Of a stretch of DNA of 64,000 nt, positions 53,296-64,000 are shown piece after piece. The notes under the pieces were generated by a model. It was not told the origin of the DNA, did not search any database, and saw only the letters and a list, made by a program, of their open reading frames with translations. Source of the stretch: Octopus sinensis (lineage: Eukaryota); NCBI RefSeq assembly GCF_006345805.1, contig NC_042998.1, positions 90,272,001-90,336,000 on the forward strand. Reading direction: 5' to 3'. A program made the translations under genes and the position numbers. Each line of letters begins with the position of its first letter. The stretch's first letter is position 1.

Positions 53296-54380
53296 CTTAC
53301 TATAATGGACGTTATGTCCGTCTGTGTGTTCCCTTTTCACAATCAAACAGCTGGACCAATGGTCACGATGCTTTTCAGGATTACGAAGGAGGTAATCAGG
53401 AAGGATTTTAGCGAAACAAAACCTGAAAAAATATGGTTATTTAGTGGGTATCGATGGCAATTATTCAGTCTACGGGTGTAAAAAATTTAAATAAGTATTA
53501 AGGGGGAGATAACTAATAAAAGAAACAAAGGGAAGTAAGTCAACTTCTTATTATAATGAGCGTCATGTCCGTCTGTCTCTCTGTCTGTTCTCTTTTCACG
53601 ATCAAACGGCTGGACCAATGGTCAAGATGTTTTTTGAGATTACGAAGGAGGTAATCAAGAAAGCTTTTAGCGGAAAAAATGTAAAGCAGTATGATTATAC
53701 AGAGGATATTGAGTTTTGTACTAATAAATCACCTTGTTTTTGTTTTGTTTTTTTTTTTTGTTAAAATTCCGGCGACGAGAATTATATTAATCATAAGGAC
53801 ACATTAAAGTAGTGGTCCATATTTTAGTGGTCCAAATGAAGTTTTTAACTGTCATTTCTTGTAGGTAGACGCTTTAATGTATCCTTATGGTTAATATAAT
53901 TTTAATTCTATAGCTATATAATGCTGATTTAGGCCTGCAACCACCTATATTAATATTGTTATTATTGTGAACTATTTGTATTGCCTTCGATAATAATAAC
54001 AATATTAATATCTTTAAAAGTATTCGCGTCTGAATATTTTTACTACTGATTAGTACTTTTCACTCTAATGCTGTCCACATTTTGGTACTTAGCAATTAAA
54101 GACACCAGCAGATTTCAACATGGCAGATTGTAAAGGTGCTTCAAAGGGTTAAGACGTGCTGAAAAAGGTAAGATTTTTGTATCAAACAAGAAACCGGTCC
54201 ACATATATACCTGTACCATTAAATATATAGCTTTATGCTATATAGGTACACTTGCTTGTATACTATTGAATCTGTTATTTTCAGTGTAAATATTTTGGTG
54301 GTCCAAAGGAGGGTTTTAACTCAAATTTCTAGCGGGTAGACACTTTAATGTGTCCTCATGATTAATATAATTTATGTATG

Positions 54381-54416
<36 letters not shown>

Positions 54417-54830
54417 ATATATATTATATATATATATATATATATACGTACATATATACATATATAGAGAGAGATATATAATTTGAAATAGGATAAAATC
54501 TATATAAGAATTTATCAAGTACGAAATGCTTGTTAGCGTTTTGGAGACCGCAAGTTGGTGACACACCCGGAAGTTGATAGCCAATGGCAAAGGGGGATAA
54601 TCCCCTACTGTTTATCTCCATGCCCCCTCCATTTTAGAGACCGCAATATGGCGACACGGCCGGAAGTCGACAGCCAATGACAAAGGGAGATAATCCTTTA
54701 TTGTTAACCTTCGTACCGAAGCATTTTCCCTTCCATATTTTGAAGGGGTCTTAGGTCAGTAGGTTTTGGGGGTCTGACGATACGCCATAACGCTAAACCC
54801 TTTATCGACGGGAAACCCGGGGTAATCTCA
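53292..54830 (+). mobile_element. Helitron-like non-autonomous element with internal repeats
   Basis: TC-TTACTATAAT start and a duplicated ~130-bp 5' module (about 53296 and 53547). The 3' end is unclear. Confidence 0.35.
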
Positions 54831-55291
54831 TAATGATGAAGGGAATATTCTTTATGCTGCCTGTCTCGTTTCTTTATTTCTTTCTTTCGTTGTTCGAAAA
54901 ACAAGTCCGTTTTCTATGTTTTTGTTTTTTATGCTCTCGTTTCTCCTTTTGTTGACTTTTTTGATGTCCTGTACTCATATATGCATGTATATATACATAT
55001 ATATGTAGGTATGTACATATATGTATATATATATGCATATATTTATATATTATTTATATTATATATTACATAATGACATATATTATATATAATTATATAT
55101 ATTATATAATTATATATATATTATTTATATTATCGAACACCACGCATCCATTTTCAAGTAAGTTTTATCTTTATAATTCCGATGCACACTCTATCCCTCT
55201 CTATTCTTTCTATGTGTCTCCCTGTCTTATTCTTCTTCCTTTCTTTTTTTCTCTCCCACCCTTTCCCTATTCTTCTCCTCTCCCTTCAGCG

Positions 55292-55322
<31 letters not shown>

Positions 55323-56156
55323 ACTCTTCCTCCTTGACTCTCTCGTTGCTCACACGTGACCAACAGCTATCCATCTTTCTTTCTTCCACTTCCTTCCTAA
55401 AGTCAAGACGTGCTTTTTGCTATCTCTTCTCAAAGCTCGTTTATCCAGTGTTCACCACTTCACATCGTCTTGGCTTAACAGCCCTCACCGTTTGTTTTTA
55501 CTGTTATATTCTTACTGTTCTGTTTCTGTTACCACTTTAACCCTCCACCAAAAATCCCAAATTTTATTTAATTTGGTTTGCGTGAAGGACTGTTTTAACA
55601 AATTGCGTCTTGTCCCTACCTTCGTAACGCCGAATAGATAAAACAGGGAGACAACTGATGCAGGGAATGTTCTTTATGTTGCCTGTCTCGTTTCTCTATT
55701 TGTTTCTTTCGTTGTTCGAAAAAAAGTTCGTTTTCTGTTTTTGTTTCTTATGTTCTCGTTTCTCATTTTGTTGACGTTTTTTTGATGTCCTGTACCCATA
55801 CATGCATGTATGTATACATATATATGTAGGCATGTACATATATGTATGTATACATGCATATATTTATATATATTATTTATATTATTATATGATCGAAAGC
55901 CAAGCATCTATTTCCAAGTGTATATATATATATAATATATATATATATATATTCTTTCATTCTTTTATTTGATTCAGGCTGGAGTACCGCCTTTTGTTGA
56001 GCAAATTGACCTCAGGACTTATTCTTTGTAAGCCTAGCACTTATTCTATCGGACTCTTTTGCCGAACCACTAAGTTACGGGGACGTAAAAACACCAACAC
56101 CCGTTGTCAAGTGATGTTGTGGGAACACAGACACACAAACATACACACAGACACAC

Positions 56157-56229
<73 letters not shown>

Positions 56230-56571
56230 CATATATATATATATACTCTTTTACTTGTTTCAGTCATTTGACTGCGGCCATGCTGGAGCACCACCTTTAG
56301 TCGAGCAATCGACCCCAGGACTTATTCTTTGTAAGCCTAGTACTTATTTTATCGGTCTCTTTTGCCGAACCGCTAAATTACGGGGACGTAAGCACACCAA
56401 CATCAGTTGTCAAGCGATATTGGGGAGATAAACACAAATACACAAACATATGCACACACATACATACATACACATATATACGACGGGCTTATTTCAGTTT
56501 CCATTCACAAGGCTTTGGTCGGCCCGAGGCTATAGTAGAAGACACTTGCCCAAGGTGCCATGCAGTGGGAC

Positions 56572-56915
56572 AGCCAATGAAAAATGCGGACGCATGCTAA
56601 CAATATTCTGAACAATTAAACTTGAAAAAGTAAAGAAGAAAAAACTCATGAAAATTAGAGCATAAAATATTGCTGCTAAAATTAAGATTAAAAAGTACCT
56701 CTTGGGTACTTTTTCATATTTTTTTTTTAATTCAATCAATTTCATTTTTCGTTTTTTATGTTAATTTTATTTTTTGTACTAAATGAATTAATAGAAAAAT
56801 TTAAGATTTTAATTTTAGCAGCAATATTTTAAGCCCTAATTTTTTAATGTTTTTCCAGGTTTAATTGTTAAGAATATTGTTAGTATGCGTCCGCATTTTT
56901 CATTGGCCAGTCTAG
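56572..56915. mobile_element. Foldback/MITE with about 120-bp imperfect inverted arms
   Basis: gccaatgaaaaatgcggacgcat... pairs with ...atgcgtccgcattttttcattggc. Confidence 0.6.
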
Positions 56916-57777
56916 TGTTTTTACAGGCATTGCAGTAATAGTAAAATTTTAATTAAAAATATATAAAATTACCATTTTTTGAAGTCATTTTGAATTCAAA
57001 AATTTCCTAGAAAATTCAAATAAAATGAATGATAATAATCGCAACTTTGCCTTTTCTGGACATAGTGTACGTACTGTAATTTCGGTACTGTACAGAGACA
57101 AAGTTACAAATGAATATATTTAAAGAATTTTTTAAATAATGAAAAAAAAATGAGGATACAAATTTGATAAAATGACTTTATTTTAGATAAATTAAATTAA
57201 ATTAATATTGAATAGAATATACTTAAAGTAGCATTTGCCTTTTCTGAACAGCTTTACTACAGACTTCAGTCCTGCTCATAGAGATAAAGCCACAAATAAT
57301 CATATTCTATTTACTATAAGATTATAAATTATAAATATTTGAATATTTATCATTTGCCTTTTCTGAACAGCCCTACATGATTCAGTACTACTCATAGAGA
57401 CAAAATCCAAAAAATAATTTTGTTATTAAAATAATTTATTCAAAAATGGACTTTAAAAAGCCATACTACAAAAAATTAAGCAAAAAAATTTTGTATAAAA
57501 AATTAAGTTAGACTAATGAAAATAAATATTAGAACTCTTTGTATCAATTTGTGTTGTTTTCTATCTTTTGTTGTTTGTGCACCTTTGAAATAGTTTAGTT
57601 CATATATGAGTAGTATCCTATTAATATCACACAAAAATTGATTAAAAATTTGAGAAGTAAAATTAAATATCTTTTTTTTCTAATGGATGAAATTTTAGGA
57701 AACCTTTACCAATATATTCCTTTAACATTTCTCTTTCATATTAATGTCAATATAATAATTCTTAAAATTAAAAAAAT

Positions 57778-60120
57778 CATCATCATCATTGTTCGACCGT
57801 GGTCCAGACAATGGAATTGACCATGCTACGCCAGACTTCAAGGTCCATCATAGCATTACGGAGGTCCTGTTGCTGGATGCTTGTATCCCTAGAGATTACA
57901 TCAGGGTAGGAGAGTGTGCGCCCTCTGGTATTGGGAGTAGATGGCTTCCAGATGAGAAGAGTAGAAATTACTTCTTTTTCAGCTCTACAACAATGTCCAG
58001 CAAACTGGACTCTCCTACCTTTCACAAGAGATGACACAGGTGGTAGTTTCCCATATATTTGCATTTTGGTTGGATGACGCTTCCACGAGAGATTTTGAGC
58101 TCTCATAAGGAGGCGAGTGTAGGTTCCATCCAACCGCCTTTCAAGCTTCTTTGATAACGTCCAGGTTTCTGAGCCATATAGTAGAATTGGTTCGACTGTG
58201 GCTTTGAAGATTTCAAGTTTGAAGTCTCTACTTAGATTTGATGACCAGATCTTATGCATGTCATTACAGGCTGACCAGGCCATACCCTTTCTAGTTAGAA
58301 AATCTTTTCCAGATGATGATATGTATGACCCAAGATATTTATAATCAGAAACCATATTTAAGGGCGCATTGTTGAGAGTATGGATGATGCAATCACTGTT
58401 GGACAGACACTTGTTTATGTATTCAGTTTTGGCCTCATTGAGGTAAAGACCTACACAATTTGAGGCTTGTTCAAGATATTGTAAAAGAGACTGGGCATTG
58501 GAGAGAGAATCACTGATAAGAGCGATGTCGTCAGCAAAGTCAGTGTCTGTCAAGTACTCAGCTGGGTATCTGGAACTTCTTCTTGGTTTTATTTCAAAGC
58601 CCTTGCCAGAGATGGTATCAACTGACATACGTAGCACATAATCAACAACAATGGTGAAAAGAAATGGGGCGAGTGTGTCTCCCTGCAGTATTCCGGCTTT
58701 GATTGAGAAAGATGATGTTTCTCCGTCAGGGGTTAAGATGGTTGAAGACGTATCTGTGTAGAGGACCTTGATGGCAGAAATGATTTTGTCTGGTATCCCA
58801 TAGAGCTTAAGGATTTCAAACATATTGTACCTATCTACAGAATCGAACGCTTTAGAAAAGTCTACAAATACCATTGCAAGATCCCGATTAAATGCTTTTG
58901 ATTCTTCAATAAGTCTGCGTAGACATAGTATCTGGCTCAGCGTTGAGCGCCCATGTCTGAATCTATTTTGGTTCTTTCGGAGCAAAGGTTCAACAAAAAG
59001 GACAAGACGATTTAGGATCAGTTTGTTGTACAGTTTTGCAGCAATTGACATTAGAGATATACCCCTGTAGTTGGTGACGAGGGATAAATCGCCTTTTTTG
59101 GGTATTGGGATGATTTGAGATTGGTGCCAAATCTTTGGAGCGACAAAGGTGGAAAGTGTGTGGTTGCAGAGGTTGAGCAAAAGTGTGTGAAATCTATCAT
59201 CCTTCCAAATTATAGCTGGGATGTTGTCGGGACCAAATGCTTTCGAGGCTTTTAGTTGCTTGGTGGCTGCTGTTAGTTCAAATATGGTAAAAGGGGAGGT
59301 GTTGATGTCCAGCGTGTCTGATATAGGCACACTTGGAAGAGTGGGGTTATCAGGGATTTTGGCATTCTTCCCAAGGAGGTTTTTAAAATGGGTTGACCAA
59401 TTTTCTAAACGTTTCTTAGCTGATCCCCCTTTAATTCTAATTGATGACCCAGAATTTTTGCCTGATAGGTCTTTGATGGATTTCCAGGCGAGATGGTGTT
59501 TTTTACTAATGTGCTCTTTGGATAGTTTACTAATTTTGCCATTGATAAAGTCGACCTCGGCGTTCAAGTAAGCCTCATCAAGATTCTTCTTGGCAGCTAT
59601 GAGTTGGGTCTTCAGTGACTGGGATGGAGAACGGTGGTAAGCTAGTGATATAGACTTTAGATGGTTTCTGGCTTCGATGACATTTGGGGAATTAGAAGGT
59701 TTGCTCTGGCCCCTACTCTTCTAGGTGAGATTGACTCTATACTCAAGAGAGTATCACTGGCTTTTGATGAAAGTAGAAATCCGATACCTCCAACTGTTGA
59801 ATTAACTTGGTGATAGGGCACAAATTGACTACCTCATCTTTCGAAAGAAATGGCGCAATAGTGTTAAAAACTCGAGATCCTACTCTTCCTTTAGTTCTGT
59901 CGGCTCTGACCACAGAATTGTATCAGCTACCCTTAAGCTTAGTCTTCGCTCATCCAAAAAAGCTAAGCCTCACCCGATGAAAACGATCGACTGGGAGGAA
60001 GTCTTATCTAACCCCGATATGTCCAAACAATTTACTATTGAGGTCTATAACACATTTAAATCTTTGTCTACTTCTGAAATAGATGCTGAGAACATTGAAG
60101 AAGTATACAGCAGCCTCATC
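57778..60120 (-). mobile_element. RTE-clade LINE with (ATG)n tail and rearranged, partly inverted 5' end
   Basis: ORF 57786..59567 with NYRGISL, QGDTLAPFLF, FADD and LYGSETW. Endonuclease C-terminus (QIDY...GSDHR) lies on the plus strand at about 59809-60120. Putative TSD attaaaaaaa at both ends. Confidence 0.9.
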
Positions 60121-60398
60121 ATTAAAAAAAATGGTGTGCATTCAAAGTGTCGATGTCGGGCGTTACTGCCCGTCAGTCAACCAGTTTGGTCTATACATTT
60201 TTTCTCTTAACTTTTGTTCTACTGCACCAACTTTTAAGTGTTTTATGTCTAAATGTAGCTTATCACTAGTCAAACATAATTCAAAGAAACTAAATTTGAT
60301 TTTGATTAAAACTGAATTTGTGAGATTGTTTGGAAGACGCCGACTGCAATAAAAAAGCTTCGTTAAGAATATTATTCAACTACTACCGTAGTTGAATG

Positions 60399-60438
<40 letters not shown>

Positions 60439-61090
60439 GTTATATTACATTATGTGTGTATGCGTGTGTGGGTGTGGATGTAATAATCACGATATTTGTT
60501 TTTATGTGCTACTATTTCATGTACTGAGAGCATGCCAGACAGTATTTTTTAACACGTCTGGTGTCCTAGCACAATCATCAGATACTGCCCACATGGCATA
60601 ATGAACTAAAAATGGGACGATAGAATGAGAGACAAGTGAGAAAAGGCGAGAAAGAAGTAGATATAAAAGGTGGAAGGTTGAAAATCCGGACCTAAAATTC
60701 AGTAATGTTTTAGAACTAATTTTCAGCGGTTGTAAGCATATGGCTAAGTTCCTGTTGACGAACTGGAAAGTGTCGTCCTCTCCAAATTGAACAACTGTAC
60801 CACAGACTCTAAGCCACTATCTTTTCAGTCTTATATTTTACAGTCTAAGGAGAAACAACTCTAATCTCCCCCTTTCGCTTTTTTTTTTTTTCTTTTTCGT
60901 TTCCAGTTTTTCAACATTCCACCTTCTATATCTAATTCTTTCTCACTTTTTCTCTCATTCTGAGGAAAGTGCAATCTGAAGAAATGTACCGAGAGTGGTA
61001 AACATAAAACATCTAGCCAACAACTCATCTGATGGAGTACATTTTGTTGATCTTACCATCACGGAACAGTAAGCTACACACACACACATA

Positions 61091-61981
61091 CACAGAATGC
61101 AACGGGTGAATTGTCACCATTTTATATTTTTAATTTCGCGCATGCGTATTGTTTGTTTTGGATTTTGTTGACTACACAGTAAAGTAAGATCACTTGGGCA
61201 CTGTCTATGAGAAAAACAGCATCATGACGCAACTCACTCTGCCAGAAATTTGGAAACAACATCTTGTACTGCTTGGCATTCGCGCCGGACCTCCAATACG
61301 AACATTTCAGAGTGTTCGGATGTCAATCTGAGGAAAGTGCAATCTGAAGGAATGTACCGAGAGTGGTAAACATAAAACATCTAGCCAACAACTTGGTGTT
61401 TGGAGTGATCACTAGTAATAGCGACGTTATGCTTCCATTCATCTTCCCACACGGCCTCAGACTCAACACGGTGGCTTACATCTAGTGCCTGGAGGAGGTA
61501 GTGCTGTCTTGGGTCAATAGAGTGGTTGCTGGAAGACCTTATATCTGGCAAAAGGACTCTGCACCATGCCACACGAGCAGGAGAACCTAGTCATGATTAT
61601 CAGACAATTTCTGCGACCACATCACCCCTAACATCTGGCCACCTCACTCTCCAGAATGCAACACCCTTGATTATTATGTGTGGGGCGCAGTTGAACGAGA
61701 GACCAGCAAAACTCCTTGTAACACCAAAGCTAAACTGAAGGCAAGGATTGTGACAGCATTCATTACCTTAAACAAGGAGAGTGTCCAGAAAAGTTACAGG
61801 ATATTCCGAAGTCGTCTGGAGGCCGTGGTTGAAGCCAGTGACGATTTTATTGAATAAATTTACTCTTTAGTATTTCAAGATATTTTAATGCAATTTGATA
61901 AATATATCTGTTAAAATGAGATGTCAGTGTTATTTTAATTTTTGCGTAATTTAGACCACATTTTATTCACCGCACCCTTTA
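61091..61981 (+). mobile_element. Tc1/mariner-superfamily transposon remnant
   Basis: Translation with stops gives WQKDSAPCH...WPPHSPECNTLDYYVWG...RLEAVVEA. Degenerate TIRs. A 64-bp piece is duplicated at about 60960-61023. Confidence 0.8.
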
Positions 61982-62044
61982 TTTATATATATATATATAT
62001 AGCAATAATAATTCTCTAAACGAGATATAGACAGTAACTGCTCC

Positions 62045-62258
62045 ATAACAAAAGGGACATTAGCCATTTGAATGTGGCTAGGGACAGGGCAGGGCGGTGG
62101 GGGTGTTACTGATGCATTTAGCCCCAGGCGATCATCAACGTCACCAGATAGGCTGGCACCGACGTTGATGATCGCCTGGGGCTAAATGCATCAGTAACAC
62201 CCCCACCGCCCTGCCCTGTCCCTAGCCACATTCAAATGGCTAATGTCCCTTTTGTTAT
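62045..62258. repeat. Perfect 98-bp inverted repeat with 18-nt spacer
   Basis: 62045-62142 is the reverse complement of 62161-62258; a (TA)n array follows. Confidence 0.93.
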
Positions 62259-62286
62259 ATATATATATATATTATATATATATATA

Positions 62287-62343
<57 letters not shown>

Positions 62344-62402
62344 TTAATATATATATATTATATAATATATAATATATATATTATATATTATATATATATA
62401 TA

Positions 62403-62460
<58 letters not shown>

Positions 62461-62519
62461 ATATATATATATAATATATATATATATAATATATATATAT
62501 ATTATATATTATATATATA

Positions 62520-62590
<71 letters not shown>

Positions 62591-63025
62591 TTTATATATA
62601 ATATATATATTATATATATATATAATATAATATATATTATATATATATATATATATATTTTATATATATATATAATTTATATATATATATTTATATATAT
62701 ATATATTTATATATTTATATATATATTTATATATATATATATTTATATATTATTTATATATTTATATTTATATATATTATATAATATATATTTATATATT
62801 ATATTATATATATTATATTATATATATTATATATATTTATATATATATATATATATTTATATATATTTATATATATATATTATATAATATATATATTTAT
62901 ATATATATATATTTATTATATATATATAATATATATATATATATATTTATATATTATAATATATATATATTATAATATATATATATTATATATATATTAT
63001 ATATATATTTATATATATATATATT

Positions 63026-63056
<31 letters not shown>

Positions 63057-63124
63057 ATTTATATATATATATAATATATATATATATTTTTATATATTTA
63101 TATATATATATTTATATATATATA

Positions 63125-63165
<41 letters not shown>

Positions 63166-63170
63166 TATAT
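62259..63170. repeat. Long degenerate (TA)n array; other arrays include (TG)n at 2330-2456 and 29410-29630, (TA)n at 30908-31240 and (TTA)n at 45600-45820
   Basis: Directly visible. Confidence 0.97.
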
Positions 63171-63171
63171 A

Positions 63172-63824
63172 AAACAGAGAGAGAGAGGTAAGTTATATTA
63201 AATCTCTGAGCGAGAGATAAAGAGTAATAGTCTGGAATCGTAAAATATATTTGCCGACTAAATGTGGTGGTCCTATAGAGGACAATGCTACTGTTGTTTT
63301 TAGCCCCAAAAAGACATCTCCTCCAGCTGGCCAACGACACACAGTCTGCGTCCGATTTGTATTTGCGAGGGAGGTCATCGCTCCCATTTCTAGCCTTACG
63401 TGATACACACAGACCCGAGTTTTTGAGTGATTGTTACCGTCTTCAGTGTGTGTTAATCACTGACTAGTGATGAAGAACTCATCCCACAGGCAAAATACTA
63501 TGTCCTTTTTCTAGCGACACACTGTCGCTGATCTCGTAAAAGAGGGAGATAAGTTATATTAAATCTCTAAGTAGGAGATAAACAGCGACAGTACGGAATC
63601 GTAAAATATATTAACACACACTGAAGACGGGTAAGCACCCAGAAACTCGGGCCTGTGTGTATCACGTAAGACCAGAGATGGAAGTGATGACCTACCTCGC
63701 AAATACTAATCGGACGCAGACTGTGTTGTTGACCAGCTGGAGGAGATGTCTTCTTGGGGCTTAAAACAACAGTAGCACCGTCCTCTATAGGACCGCCACA
63801 TTCAGTTAGCAAATATATTTTACG

Positions 63825-63826
<2 letters not shown>
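63172..63826. repeat. Diverged inverted duplication (about 220 bp) with degenerate hammerheads and a short direct repeat
   Basis: About 63236-63457 pairs with about 63610-63826. About 63180-63250 is repeated directly at about 63540-63611. Confidence 0.8.
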
Positions 63827-63909
<83 letters not shown>

Positions 63910-63926
63910 ATATATATATATATAAT

Positions 63927-63959
<33 letters not shown>

Positions 63960-63961
63960 GC

Positions 63962-64000
<39 letters not shown>

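Noticed and set aside
42476-59571. Plus-strand ORFs overlapping the LINEs
   Set aside because: They are antisense shadows of RT coding sequence.

Overview
AT-rich, microsatellite-dense eukaryotic DNA; the SINE, LINE, Helitron and Penelope-like content is most consistent with a coleoid cephalopod such as Octopus (inference). Most ORFs in the supplied track are microsatellite or antisense artefacts. Manual splicing on the minus strand reveals two tandem, divergent, single-domain Ly6/uPAR (three-finger, quiver/sleepless-like) genes that the ORF track only glimpses. Gene A has coding exons 26374-26305, 17142-16972, 9145-9017 and 5166-5015 (173 aa: signal peptide, 10-Cys LU domain, GPI-type tail). 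Gene B has exons 47707-47635, 38938-38783, 37875-37750 and 34709-34659, plus a candidate last exon at 29942-29792 whose hydrophobic tail is out of frame by 1 nt. The introns and flanks hold a Dong/R4-type RLE LINE in TAA repeats, two RTE-clade LINEs (one GC-rich with an open 3' ORF, one with a 5' inversion), CR1 and Tx1 remnants, Helitrons, hAT/Merlin-like MITEs, a Tc1/mariner remnant and many tRNA-derived SINEs. Several short Penelope-associated units carry type I hammerhead ribozyme motifs, including a tandem 544-bp foldback-plus-hammerhead dimer that looks retrozyme-like. One 100-N assembly gap is present.
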